Below, piece after piece: positions 1 to 9,422 of a DNA stretch of 60,495 nt (its first letter is position 1; each line of letters opens with the position of its first letter). Origin of the DNA: a virus (taxonomy: Duplodnaviria; Caudoviricetes); the IMG/VR virus record IMGVR_UViG_3300020202_000083, positions 1 through 60,495 of that record. One strand, 5' to 3'. A program made the translations under genes and the position numbers. The notes beneath the pieces were generated by a model, which was not told where the DNA came from, did not search any database, and worked only from the letters and a program-made list of their open reading frames with translations.

Positions 1-127
1 ATCGAAAAGCCGCCCGTGTCGTTCTCGGACGATCGAGGCTACATCAAGAACCTGCTGAACCGGCCGTGCGGTGGCGTGCAATTCATCTTCAGTCGAGCAG
101 GCTCTAAACGCAGCTCGCACTGGCACA
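1..127. repeat. Terminal direct repeat, identical to 60369-60495 (circular assembly overlap)
   Basis: Both ends read atcgaaaagccgcccgtg...cgcactggcaca; 127 nt is a common assembler k-mer. Confidence 0.95.
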
Positions 128-369
128 AGACAGACGGGCATGTGCTCTACGTGCTGGAAGGAATGTTCGAGTACTGGGAAAGGCCGGTGGGCAGCACAGA
201 ACCGCCAAATCGGCTGCTGGTGATGCAGGGCGAGCAGATCTACACCGGTCCCGGCATTGAACATTGGACTCGGTTTTGTGTCGATACGCAGCTCATCAGC
301 ATGAGCGACAAGGCGAGGACGCATGCCGAGCATGAGGCAGATCTTGTGCGTGTGGAGTGGGTGCCGTGA
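1..369 (+). CDS. Cupin-fold NDP-sugar epimerase/ketoisomerase (RmlC/FdtA-like); true start probably GTG 60318 across the junction
   Basis: DDRG motif, SSHWHK...LYVLEG and GIEH cupin motifs; frame open from 60318 behind a GGAGG RBS; sugar-gene context. Confidence 0.7.
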   Translation: MEKPPVSFSDDRGYIKNLLNRPCGGVQFIFSRAGSKRSSHWHKTDGHVLYVLEGMFEYWERPVGSTEPPNRLLVMQGEQIYTGPGIEHWTRFCVDTQLISMSDKARTHAEHEADLVRVEWVP

Positions 370-539
370 AGAGCGACAAGCAACGCGAGGTGGACATTGT
401 GCAGGTAAACGACGGCTACGTAGGCGAGGCGTTCCCCGGCGGGAAGGGATACCCAGGTACACACTTCTTGGCGAGAGACTTCGACGACCTGGTCGACAAG
501 CTACGCAGGCTGTTCAAGGTGGAGCCAGGCAATGGCTGA
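366..539 (+). CDS. Small hypothetical protein
   Basis: GTGA overlap with cupin stop; fills the gap to the next gene. Confidence 0.5.
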   Translation: MKSDKQREVDIVQVNDGYVGEAFPGGKGYPGTHFLARDFDDLVDKLRRLFKVEPGNG

Positions 540-1665
540 TCATTCGGTCCGTTCCACGTGTCGCCTGTGCTCCTCCCCCAGCCTCACCACCGTCCTCGAG
601 CTGAACCCGACACCGCTCGCAAACGAGCTTCTAAGCGACCCAGACGAGAGCGCGAAGCAAGAGCGGTTCCCGTTGCTGTTGGTCCAGTGCTGCGCCTGTG
701 GCCATGTGCAGCTGCCGGTGGTGGTGAAGCCCGAGAGGTTGTTTCCGCCGAGCTACCCCTACCAAAGCGGGACGAGCGCGGTGTTTAGGGAGCACTTAGC
801 GGAGCTCCACGGTGTCGTACAGCGGCTGCTGAAGCATAGTTACCCCGGTGTCGTGCTCGACGTCGGGTGCAATGACGGCACATTCGCGAGCATGTTCGTG
901 GACAAGGCTTTCGGCGTAGACCCGGCGGCTCCGGAGCGGATGGGTTTCTTCCGCGGCTTCTTTGGTATGGAATGGGCCAAGAAGAATAGCCCGTACGCGC
1001 GCTTCGAAGTGGTCACTGCGCTGAACGTGTTCGCCCACGTCGATGACCTCAACGACTTCGCCGGGGCCGCCTCGTTCGTGCTCGAGCCCGACGGCCTCTT
1101 TCTCATCGAAGTTGGCTACCTCCCCGATGTCATCGCGACCCGGAACTATCCGGTCATCTACCACGAGCACCTGAGCTACCACACGCTGCGCCCGCTCGTT
1201 TCGTTCTTCGAGCGTCACGGCATGACGATGGTGGATGCGCATCGCATCGATAGCCAGGGCGGCTCGGTGCGCATCTTCGTCAGGAACGGTCCGGGCGAGC
1301 AGAGCGACAGGCTTCAGAAGCTGATTGCGGAAGAGCCGGAGACGTTCGAGTTCAAGGTGCTTTCGGAGAAGATGCTGGAGGACCGGGCGACACTAAACGG
1401 TTTGGGCTGGTATTGGGGCTATGGAGCGCCGGCCAAGCTGACAACGCTATTGCATGCCACCGGAGCCGAGAAGCCTGTAGGTGTCCTCGATGACAATCCG
1501 CTCAAGGTCGGCAAGTTCGTGCCCGGTACCGATGTGCCAATCATCCGGGCATCCAATGTCGATTTGCTGAGCGAGAAGAGAGACGCGGTCATCTTCTCCG
1601 CCAACTTCGCCGACGACATCAAGGCGCGGCATCCGGAGTTCAAAGGAAGGTGGGTGGTGTTGTGA
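532..1665 (+). CDS. NDP-hexose C-methyltransferase (TylC3/NovU/TcaB9-like)
   Basis: N-terminal Zn motif CRLC...CCACGHVQL, SAM motif VLDVGCNDG, NVFAHV, IYHEHLSY, C-terminal GYGAPAK and DDNPLKVGKFVPGT. Confidence 0.9.
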   Translation: MADHSVRSTCRLCSSPSLTTVLELNPTPLANELLSDPDESAKQERFPLLLVQCCACGHVQLPVVVKPERLFPPSYPYQSGTSAVFREHLAELHGVVQRLLKHSYPGVVLDVGCNDGTFASMFVDKAFGVDPAAPERMGFFRGFFGMEWAKKNSPYARFEVVTALNVFAHVDDLNDFAGAASFVLEPDGLFLIEVGYLPDVIATRNYPVIYHEHLSYHTLRPLVSFFERHGMTMVDAHRIDSQGGSVRIFVRNGPGEQSDRLQKLIAEEPETFEFKVLSEKMLEDRATLNGLGWYWGYGAPAKLTTLLHATGAEKPVGVLDDNPLKVGKFVPGTDVPIIRASNVDLLSEKRDAVIFSANFADDIKARHPEFKGRWVVL

Positions 1666-1901
1666 ATCCGGCGTTCCTCGCGGTCTGGGTCACTGGTGCG
1701 GTCGTGGGGCTCTGTGTGTACGGCTACATCAAGGGCGAGAACGAATACGGCAACGTTTTTGAGCAAGATCGTAGGCTCGCGGTGTCGGCTTCGATATGTG
1801 TATGGCCGGTTACGGTGGCCATTGCGGTTGCTGTAGCTGTGCTGGTGGGGCCGTTCTTCGCTGGCAAGTGGCTACGGAGGCGAAGGGAGTCGCCACGATG
1901 A
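1662..1901 (+). CDS. Small membrane protein (2 TM)
   Basis: Two hydrophobic stretches and a basic tail; translationally coupled. Confidence 0.55.
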   Translation: MNPAFLAVWVTGAVVGLCVYGYIKGENEYGNVFEQDRRLAVSASICVWPVTVAIAVAVAVLVGPFFAGKWLRRRRESPR

Positions 1902-2146
1902 AACCGCAGCACTTACACGTGCTCCGTGAGCAGTACAACAAGGGGGCGATGCTGTTCGGCAGCGAAGAGCATGAGGCTTGGGTCGAGTCCATCACAGAAG
2001 CGGCGCCGGCTCTGTTCGAGGCAGCAGAGCTATTGATGGATCTCCACGAGGTCGGTGAGCACCCACCTGTCAAGTTCTACCCGGTGGCGCCGAAGTGGCC
2101 ACCGGAGCGCATCGAGCGGCTCGTCCGCTGGCTGAGGGCGCCATGA
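1898..2146 (+). CDS. Hypothetical protein
   Basis: ATGA overlaps at both ends; GGGAG RBS. Confidence 0.55.
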   Translation: MKPQHLHVLREQYNKGAMLFGSEEHEAWVESITEAAPALFEAAELLMDLHEVGEHPPVKFYPVAPKWPPERIERLVRWLRAP

Positions 2147-2886
2147 ACCTCGGCCTCATCGGCCCCGGCCGCCACGGCAAGCGCTACCTGGAAGAACGCA
2201 ACGGCGGCCGGCACGTCGTCGCTGTCTGCCGGCGCGGTGACTCCCTTGACGATCTGCTAGCCAAGGTGGACGGGGTCATCGTGGCGACGCCTCCCAACAC
2301 GCACCGAGACATCGTTCTGGCGGCGCTCAGGGCGGGCAAGGACGTGCTTTGCGAGAAGCCACTGGCTCTGACCTGGGAAGACTGCAAAGCGATGCTGGAC
2401 GCCGCTGAGGCGGCGGGACGGCGGCTTGTGATCGCGCACCAGCATCTTTGGGCGGATGGGTTTGCCAAGCACCTGGGCGCTCCTGTGAGTCACGTGGGAG
2501 CCGTAAGCGGTGGCGCGTATGGTCACGACTACTCGGCCTGGTTCGACTGGGGCACTCATGATGTGGCAATGGCTATCGCCGCGTTTGGAGTGGCCCCGGT
2601 GCGCGTCTGGATAGCCGAGGAAGGGCGCAGGCTGTATGGCGCACGGCTGCAATTTGAGTGCGGTGGCGCCGACATTCTTACGGGTTTGCTACCGGCGAAA
2701 GTGCGCGCGTTCCAAGCTCAGACTACTCGCGGCGGCTGGTCCTACGACGGCACCTTCGAGCCCGGCCGCGAACCCATGCGGCTGATGGTGGAAGCGTTCG
2801 TCGAGGGTGAGACGGCTTGGCGTTCGAGCATCGACTTCGGGCGTGCGGTGTGTAGGGCGCTGTTTGGCGTTGGAGGCACGGAATGA
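2143..2886 (+). CDS. Gfo/Idh/MocA-family oxidoreductase (candidate sugar ketoreductase)
   Basis: GLIGPGRHG Rossmann motif, [20 protein letters not shown]. Confidence 0.85.
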   Translation: MNLGLIGPGRHGKRYLEERNGGRHVVAVCRRGDSLDDLLAKVDGVIVATPPNTHRDIVLAALRAGKDVLCEKPLALTWEDCKAMLDAAEAAGRRLVIAHQHLWADGFAKHLGAPVSHVGAVSGGAYGHDYSAWFDWGTHDVAMAIAAFGVAPVRVWIAEEGRRLYGARLQFECGGADILTGLLPAKVRAFQAQTTRGGWSYDGTFEPGREPMRLMVEAFVEGETAWRSSIDFGRAVCRALFGVGGTE

Positions 2887-3536
2887 AGTCGTGTGAGCAC
2901 TGTGGCAAGGATTTCAAACCAGTGAAGAGATCGAGGCGCTTCTGCTCGAAGTGGTGCTCGACCAAGGCCACAGCTATCGGTCGCGTACTGGTCGGCAAGT
3001 GTCAGCTGTGCGGCACTGCATGCGTCGGCGCGACGGTCGTATTCTGCGCTGCCTGCCGGCACGGAGATGTCTTGCGCGTGCATGAGGAGCGGCGCTTTTG
3101 GTCAAAGGTGAGACGCGGGAACGCTGAAGAATGCTGGGAGTGGGTAGGTGGCAGTTGGAACAAGAACGGTTACGGCCTGTTTCATACCTCAGAACCACGG
3201 AAGATGGTCACGGCTCACAGGTTCTCGTGGAAACTGAGCAATGGCGACGCCGGCGATCGATTGGTCTGCCACCACTGCGACAACCCCAAGTGCGTGAACC
3301 CCGCACACCTGTTTCTCGGCACACAGCAGGACAACATGGCGGACAAGTGCCGCAAGGGCCGTCAGGCGCGCGGTGAGCGCTCCGGCCATGTGCGCCTGAC
3401 GGAAGCGGTGGTCATGGATATTAGAGCGCGTCGCGCTGCAGGCGCTGTAATGCGTGAGATCGCGGAGGCGCTGGGGCTGAGCATTAGCACCGTGACGAAG
3501 GTCGCGAATCGACAGACATGGAGGCACGTAGGATGA
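2883..3536 (+). CDS. HNH homing endonuclease
   Basis: Zn fingers, [27 protein letters not shown]-terminal HTH. Confidence 0.9.
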   Translation: MKSCEHCGKDFKPVKRSRRFCSKWCSTKATAIGRVLVGKCQLCGTACVGATVVFCAACRHGDVLRVHEERRFWSKVRRGNAEECWEWVGGSWNKNGYGLFHTSEPRKMVTAHRFSWKLSNGDAGDRLVCHHCDNPKCVNPAHLFLGTQQDNMADKCRKGRQARGERSGHVRLTEAVVMDIRARRAAGAVMREIAEALGLSISTVTKVANRQTWRHVG

Positions 3537-4495
3537 AGAATCTTCTTTTAACCGGCGGCTGCGGCTTCGTAGGCTCAGCGTTCTGTCGGCACATTCTCCA
3601 GACGACGGACTGGAAGGTGACGGTGCTCGATAAGCTCGATGAAGCGGGCTATCAGGGACGCATTGCGGGACTGAAGCAAGACTACCCGGAGCGCCTGCGA
3701 AGCTTCTGGCACGACCTTCGAGCGCCCATCAATCCGGTTATGCTCCGCTCACACGGAGAGTTTCACTACGTGGCGCACCTCGCTGCAAACTCGCATGTCG
3801 ACCGCAGCATCGTGGACCCAGCAGGCGCAGTGCTCGATAACGTCTTGGGCACGTGCCACCTGTTCGACTACGTGCGCAACCATCACCCGTACGCCAAGGT
3901 CTTGTACAAAAGTACGGACGAGGTTTTTGGACCCGCGCCGGATGGCGTCGAGTACGACGAGTATGGGCCACACTGCCCCCACAACCCCTATAGCGCCGCA
4001 AAATCGGGAGGCGAGGCGCTGTGTCCGGCGTTTGCGAACACATACGGCATGCAGATCGTGGTCTCGCATTGCACAAATATTTACGGACCGCAGCAGTACC
4101 GCGAAAAGTTCATTCCCATGACTGCGGAGAAGATCTTGCGCGGCGAGATGGTGCAGATTCATTCGCGCAACGGCGTGTCGTCGAGTCGCTACTACCTGCA
4201 CGTTGACGACGTGTCACGCGGGCTGGTGACTATTCTCGAGCGCGGCGGGGTCATCTGCGGACCAGGCACGGGCAAGTACAATCTGACCGGCGACCGCGAG
4301 TACACGAACGCCGAGGTCGCGCTTCGCATCGCTGAGCTGCTCGGCCGCGAACTCCGTTACGAGCTCGTCGAGAACCCACCCAATCGCCCTCGTCCCGACA
4401 TGCGCTACGCACTCAGCGGCAAGAAACTCGAAGCCCTCGGTTGGCGCCCAGAAGTGCCATTCGAAGTCGGACTGAGGGATGCGCTGGGTGTGTGA
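3533..4495 (+). CDS. rfbB: dTDP-glucose 4,6-dehydratase (RmlB/RfbB-like)
   Basis: TGGCGFVG, HLAANSHVDRSI, STDEVFG, YSAAK, NIYGPQQ.EKFIP. Confidence 0.9.
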   Translation: MKNLLLTGGCGFVGSAFCRHILQTTDWKVTVLDKLDEAGYQGRIAGLKQDYPERLRSFWHDLRAPINPVMLRSHGEFHYVAHLAANSHVDRSIVDPAGAVLDNVLGTCHLFDYVRNHHPYAKVLYKSTDEVFGPAPDGVEYDEYGPHCPHNPYSAAKSGGEALCPAFANTYGMQIVVSHCTNIYGPQQYREKFIPMTAEKILRGEMVQIHSRNGVSSSRYYLHVDDVSRGLVTILERGGVICGPGTGKYNLTGDREYTNAEVALRIAELLGRELRYELVENPPNRPRPDMRYALSGKKLEALGWRPEVPFEVGLRDALGV

Positions 4496-4734
4496 TGGCA
4501 GCGCCTGAGCCAGAGCTACACGGCTGGCTGCCACCCGAGATCCCATGGGGCGAGGAGCTGTTGCTCACGCTAGCCACCGTCTACGCTTGCGTCTGGGTGG
4601 TGCGTTGGTGTCGCAGTTGGGCAGCGCAGAGGCAGCTCTCCGCGCAGCAGTACAGGCGCTCGGTGAGTCCAGGTGCAGCCTACGTGCTGCTATTCGTCTA
4701 CTTGGTGTGGGCGACGCACTGGTGTCTGCGCTGA
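4495..4734 (+). CDS. Small membrane protein
   Basis: Two hydrophobic segments; ATG overlaps upstream TGA. Confidence 0.5.
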   Translation: MAAPEPELHGWLPPEIPWGEELLLTLATVYACVWVVRWCRSWAAQRQLSAQQYRRSVSPGAAYVLLFVYLVWATHWCLR

Positions 4735-4972
4735 TAAACGGCCAGCGACCGACACCACAGCTGGTAGCTCACAAGCGCCGGGCTCATTGCCAGGCGGCCA
4801 CGGACGAAGGGTACTGGGGAACGGTGCACAGGACCTCGCATGGGCCGGCTGGTGAGCAGGAGCTGTGCCAGAGTGAGCCACCGGAACGAGCCTGCTGGAT
4901 ACCGCGCGACCGTGCAACCTTTTCAGCGAAGTAGTCAAGTAGGATAAGAATTCTGGTGGGTATAGGTGCGCA

Positions 4973-5072
4973 GTTGCGCAAACGCCCGAGGTACTCGCGC
5001 AGGCTTGCGCAACCGGCCGCTTGACTCAAATCGTGCCATTGTGCCACCCTGTGCCAGGAATGCACGTGGCAC
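4973..5072 (+). promoter_or_regulatory. Putative late promoter/packaging-control region upstream of terS
   Basis: Non-coding gap; TTGACT 5021; GTGCCA x3 (5033, 5041, 5051) plus inverted TGGCAC 5067; GTTGCGCAA/TTGCGCAAC inverted repeat. Confidence 0.45.
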
Positions 5073-5225
5073 ACGTGACCCATTGCGGCGAGAGCGAGGC
5101 TCAGAGCGGGCTCATAACCCGTTTTGGCTTGGTGCGACTCCAGGCGCCGCAACCCGTGCGGGGGGCCTCCCGATCCACAGGACTAACCCTCCGGTCGCGC
5201 GCGCGCGCGGACTCACAGGACGGCA

Positions 5226-5756
5226 TTGGCCGAGGTCGATGACCGCATCCGGGAGGTCCTCAAGCTGCAGCTCGCTGGCAAGTGGCGGGCGGGTAAGTCT
5301 CACATCGATTTCGCTCAGCGCTACGGCGTCGCGATCAAGACGGTGCAGGACTGGGCCACGCAAGCCAGTCGCTTTCAGCGCATGTGCCTCGGAGACGACG
5401 ACGAGGTGCGGATGCAGATCCTCGCCAACGTCGCTCGGGCGGGGCGGATCGCACTCAAGCAGTCTCGCACCTACGAGACCAGGAACGGAGACACCAGGAC
5501 CTACGACTGCCCTGATGTCCGCTCTTACCTGGCAGCTCAGGAGCTTTCCGCGAAGTTGCTGCGGCTGTTCGACAATCCCGAGCGAGACGAGGGCGCGGAC
5601 GAGCAAGTCCCAGTGGAGCAACTAGCGGCCGCGCTTCGGGCGCTTGGCCATGAGGTAAAGCTGAATGAGCGACCAAGATCTGAGCCAGCACCCATTAGCG
5701 CAGCCGGTGAAACCGACCGGGAAGAACGGGAAGAAGGCGGAGCCGGAGAAGACTGA
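5226..5756 (+). CDS. Putative terminase small subunit
   Basis: HTH-like FAQRYGVAIKTVQDW; first gene of the packaging operon; AGGA RBS. Confidence 0.55.
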   Translation: MAEVDDRIREVLKLQLAGKWRAGKSHIDFAQRYGVAIKTVQDWATQASRFQRMCLGDDDEVRMQILANVARAGRIALKQSRTYETRNGDTRTYDCPDVRSYLAAQELSAKLLRLFDNPERDEGADEQVPVEQLAAALRALGHEVKLNERPRSEPAPISAAGETDREEREEGGAGED

Positions 5757-6015
5757 ACCGGCAGCCCCGCCCGACGTGACCAAGCCCTTCAAGCTGCGCA
5801 TGGTGCGCACCTCTGAGGTCTTTCTGAACGCGCAGAACGGCAGCAAGATGCTCGCGGTGGGCGTGTACATGGCCAACGACGCAGGCGTCGATGGAGTGGT
5901 CGAGGAGCTCGTCCATCACCCGAGCGGCACTGTCGTTGCGAAGGTGGTCAACTCGCGCAGCGGCGCTGTGAAGTACGTCGTGATCCGCGGTGAAATCGTG
6001 GCCGAGGTGCTTTGA
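5665..6015 (+). CDS. Hypothetical protein
   Basis: GAGG RBS; phage-like codon use. Confidence 0.55.
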   Translation: MSDQDLSQHPLAQPVKPTGKNGKKAEPEKTEPAAPPDVTKPFKLRMVRTSEVFLNAQNGSKMLAVGVYMANDAGVDGVVEELVHHPSGTVVAKVVNSRSGAVKYVVIRGEIVAEVL

Positions 6016-6245
6016 TGGCGAACTACAGCGGTCTAGTCGCTGAGAGGCGTATCCCTAGTGCGGCCGAGGAGCAAGAGGCTGGCATCCGTGTTCAGGCCGC
6101 AATCGAGCGGCAAAGACACCGCTGCAGAGAGTGCAAGGCAGCACTGCGCGATGGCGAACAGTGCGGCTTTTGGAAGCGTCGCGTGGCTGCCGACGACAGG
6201 GTGGTATGTGAGCGCTGTGCAGGTCGCGGGAGGACGCTCAGTTGA
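6015..6245 (+). CDS. Small Zn-finger protein
   Basis: CREC...CERC. Confidence 0.45.
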   Translation: MANYSGLVAERRIPSAAEEQEAGIRVQAAIERQRHRCRECKAALRDGEQCGFWKRRVAADDRVVCERCAGRGRTLS

Positions 6246-6898
6246 GCGCCAATCTGGCCCCCCGCCTCCGCCCCACTGGTAATCACCTGCTGGTCCGCCG
6301 TGTCGAACCGCAGTCGGTTTCGAAGGGCGGCATCATCATCCCCGAGACGGCGAAGAAAAAGCCGTTCGAGGGAGAGGTGCTCGCAGTCGGCCCAGGCTGG
6401 CGCGATGAGCGCGGCGTCCTTCACCTGGTCGGTATCCGCCCGGGCGAGCGTGTGTTCTTCGGGGCCTACACCGGCACTGAGATCGGACAAGAACTGTTTC
6501 TTTCCGAGGACCAGGTGCTCGCAGTGATGGGCTCCGACGGCGAGAGCCTGCGCGCTCATCAAGACAACGTGATTCTGATGTTCGAGCCGCTGCAGAGCAT
6601 GTCGAGTCTGCTCACGATCATGGATCGCAAGCCCAAGCATCGTCTCGCGCGGGTGATGTTGAGCGGGCCTGGGTACGTCACCAAGCAGGGTGTGTTGGTC
6701 GAGAACACCGTGCGCGTGCGTGACCGCGTCGTGGTCGATGCGCTTGCTGGACAGGACTACGACCTGGACGTCACGGTTCCACGTCACAACAAGGGAAGCG
6801 AGTTCGAGTCGCTCTTCGGGGAGTCGGGAAACTTCAGGGTGGTCCGAGAAGAAGAGATCCTGGGCATCGTCGGGCAGAGCGTGGGAGCGGTGGAGTGA
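6242..6898 (+). CDS. groES: Co-chaperonin GroES with two tandem Cpn10 domains
   Basis: LRPTGNHLLVRR...SKGGIIIPETAKKKP.EGEVLAVGPG; second domain ARVMLSGPG...VRVRDRVVV...VVREEEILGIV. Confidence 0.85.
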   Translation: MSANLAPRLRPTGNHLLVRRVEPQSVSKGGIIIPETAKKKPFEGEVLAVGPGWRDERGVLHLVGIRPGERVFFGAYTGTEIGQELFLSEDQVLAVMGSDGESLRAHQDNVILMFEPLQSMSSLLTIMDRKPKHRLARVMLSGPGYVTKQGVLVENTVRVRDRVVVDALAGQDYDLDVTVPRHNKGSEFESLFGESGNFRVVREEEILGIVGQSVGAVE

Positions 6899-7137
6899 TA
6901 GAGCTAGCCAGCGAGGACGAACTAGCGACCGAGTGGGCTAAACGCTTCCGGTGTTGGATGGCCTCGCGCGGGCTGTCCACGGGCGTGCCTGTGACCGCTG
7001 AACACTTCCCCGTCCTCCGTCTCCCTGACGAGGTGACCTGGAAGCGTGGCGCGCGCTCTGGCGCTGGCTTCACAGCGGTGCTGAGCACGCTGATGCGCGC
7101 TTGGCTGCCGCTCTTGGTGTTCGGGAGGGAGCTGTGA
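6895..7137 (+). CDS. Hypothetical protein
   Basis: Coupled ORF. Confidence 0.4.
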   Translation: MIELASEDELATEWAKRFRCWMASRGLSTGVPVTAEHFPVLRLPDEVTWKRGARSGAGFTAVLSTLMRAWLPLLVFGREL

Positions 7138-7373
7138 GCAGCAACACCATCGGCCCCATTACTGGGCGCGACTGGGACCGGGCTCTCGGCCTCGACAGGC
7201 CAGAGGTGCGCAAGATCATCGAGGAGGCCTCAGCGCGGCTACTGCTGTTCCTGGGCTCTGCTTGCGCAGCTTCCGACCTAAGATGCAGCGGCGTCGATAA
7301 GCAACCGGGCGAGGGTTACAGCTACCTCGCGCGGTGGAGCTCCTACGAAGATCGCAAGGTGGGGTGCGTATGA
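7134..7373 (+). CDS. Hypothetical protein
   Basis: GTGA overlap, GGAG RBS. Confidence 0.4.
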   Translation: MSSNTIGPITGRDWDRALGLDRPEVRKIIEEASARLLLFLGSACAASDLRCSGVDKQPGEGYSYLARWSSYEDRKVGCV

Positions 7374-7678
7374 CCGACGCCCTCCAGCCCCTGCCGCCCA
7401 TCGAGGAGCCGCAACCGCCTCCGCCTCCGAAGCGTTGGTATCTGTTTGTCTGCGACAGTCCGAATCCGGATAGCCACATTGGGCAGGCTGCCGGCAATGG
7501 CTACTTGAACGGCCCGTTCACCCCGACCATTCGGCGAGCGACCGCGGAAGACGTGGAGCGCTTCTGTGCGGCTCGTCCACCGAGAACGCTCGAAGAGGTC
7601 GAGCCGTTCTTCGACAAGCTAACGGCGTTGCAGCGCAACACTTTGATAACGCTGCTGCAGGAGCGTTACGGGGAATGA
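7370..7678 (+). CDS. Hypothetical protein
   Basis: ATGA overlaps. Confidence 0.5.
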   Translation: MTDALQPLPPIEEPQPPPPPKRWYLFVCDSPNPDSHIGQAAGNGYLNGPFTPTIRRATAEDVERFCAARPPRTLEEVEPFFDKLTALQRNTLITLLQERYGE

Positions 7679-7914
7679 ACCGCCGCCAGTTCCTCGGGGC
7701 CTTCATCGCTGCCGTCATCATGACGCTCATGCTGCCGTTCGAGCGGTTTGCGGAGTGGTGCAAGGGGTGGCTGAAGTCGTCGGCGCGCACTGTCTCCTTC
7801 GAGGATCTCAAGCGTGACAGCTACGAATACCGACTGACGACTTATCCGTCCTGGACGATTCACGTCTACCGCGCGAACTGGCCACTTGGCGCGACTTACA
7901 CGGTGAACGCATGA
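7675..7914 (+). CDS. Small protein with twin-arginine-like N-terminus
   Basis: MNRRQFLG followed by a hydrophobic stretch. Confidence 0.5.
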   Translation: MNRRQFLGAFIAAVIMTLMLPFERFAEWCKGWLKSSARTVSFEDLKRDSYEYRLTTYPSWTIHVYRANWPLGATYTVNA

Positions 7915-9422
7915 CCGCCACCGTCGCGATCCCATCCCGCGCTTGGCGTGCCGTCCGCAAGGCCATCGGTGCAACACAGAGCCACATCAGCGACTGTCAC
8001 CCGAAGCAGCTCGCGCTGGTCAACGATCCGCGCCGGCGCATCGCTGTGCAGGGTGGGCGGCGGGGTGGCAAAAGTCACGCGCTCGGGCGTCGCTTGCTCG
8101 CCGCCTGTGAGAAACACCCGGGCGAAACCGCCTGCTATGTCACCCTCACCCGCGGCCGAGCTCGGGACATCCTGTGGGACAAGTGCCTTGCGCGCATCAA
8201 CCGCAAGCACGAGCTGGGGCTCAAACTGGTCCAGCGCGAAGATCTCTTCATTGAGCACCCGAACGGCGCGCGCATCTGGCTCGTGGGAGTCGACGACAAG
8301 GGGCAAATCGACAAGCTCCGCGGCGGTTTCTTTTCCGAGGTGGTGATCGATGAAGCAATGGCCATGCAGGACTACCTGCAGGAGCTCGTCACCGAGGCGA
8401 TTGAGCCGGCGCTGATGGATCTTCGCGGTGCGCTGGTCATTGCCGGTACTCCGAGTCCCATCATGGTGGGCTACTTCTGGGAGGCGACGACTGGAGGCAA
8501 TCCGGACGTAGAGCAGTGGCCCGTGCACCGGTTCACGATCCTCGACAACCCCTACCTTCCGCACGGCGCAGCAGATCTTCAGGAGAAGCTCGAGAAGGAC
8601 TACGGCGGCGACCCAACCCACCCTACCTATCGCCGTGAGTGGCTGGGCGAGTGGGTCGAAGATCTCGGCGCTCTGGTCTACCCGTTCACGTACGAAAAGA
8701 ACGCTTGGGAGCCATGCGGGGATGTGAACTTTGGCCTGCCGCCAGGCGAATACCTCTTCGGGCTCGGCGTGGACGTGGGCTTTAGCGAGCGGTCAACGGC
8801 GTTCACTCTGGGTGCTCTGCGACGCGGCACAGGTCAGATCTACCTGCTCCGTTCCTATACGCGAAGCCGGCTCATCCCGACGGCGCTGGCGGCTCATTGC
8901 CAGCAGGTCCGTGAAGAGGTCGCGCAAGAGACCAAGACGCTTGAGCGCCCCAATGGGCTGCCGCTTACCATCGTGGTCGACGAAGGCGCCTTGGGTAAAG
9001 GCTTCGCTGAGCAGATGCGCGACATGGGCGTAGGCTGCGAAGCGGCGGAGAAGAGCGAGAAACGCGCCTATCAAGAGTACGTGGGCGGGCTCATCCGCTC
9101 GAGTTCCCCGCCTTACCGTACCGATGACGGCAGCTGGGAAGGCGGTTTCGGTGTGCTCGTGAACTTCAAAGAGTGCCGCGAGCTCATCGAGGAAGCGCGC
9201 AAGCTCCAATTCGATGAGGAGACAGGCAAGGAGAGCGAGCTTTACCGACGCCACTGCGCGGACGCGAGCCTGTACCTCATTCGCAAGATGATGCCGCGCT
9301 ACGAGCCGAAGGAGAACGAGCCAAAGCCGGGCACTCCCGAAGCGGTGCGGCTCGAGATGAAGCGACTGAAGGAACGCGAGATCGCCAAGCGACAGAAGGC
9401 GAGGGTGAGCAAGTATGGCTAA
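7911..9422 (+). CDS. terL: Terminase large subunit
   Basis: Walker A GGRRGGKS, Walker B VVIDEA, coupling motif AGTP, REWLGEW, nuclease GVDVG...HCADA. Confidence 0.92.
   Translation: MTATVAIPSRAWRAVRKAIGATQSHISDCHPKQLALVNDPRRRIAVQGGRRGGKSHALGRRLLAACEKHPGETACYVTLTRGRARDILWDKCLARINRKHELGLKLVQREDLFIEHPNGARIWLVGVDDKGQIDKLRGGFFSEVVIDEAMAMQDYLQELVTEAIEPALMDLRGALVIAGTPSPIMVGYFWEATTGGNPDVEQWPVHRFTILDNPYLPHGAADLQEKLEKDYGGDPTHPTYRREWLGEWVEDLGALVYPFTYEKNAWEPCGDVNFGLPPGEYLFGLGVDVGFSERSTAFTLGALRRGTGQIYLLRSYTRSRLIPTALAAHCQQVREEVAQETKTLERPNGLPLTIVVDEGALGKGFAEQMRDMGVGCEAAEKSEKRAYQEYVGGLIRSSSPPYRTDDGSWEGGFGVLVNFKECRELIEEARKLQFDEETGKESELYRRHCADASLYLIRKMMPRYEPKENEPKPGTPEAVRLEMKRLKEREIAKRQKARVSKYG

Noticed and set aside
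5033-5085. Sigma54 promoter from TGGCAC motifs
   Set aside because: No TTGC at the required -12 spacing on either strand
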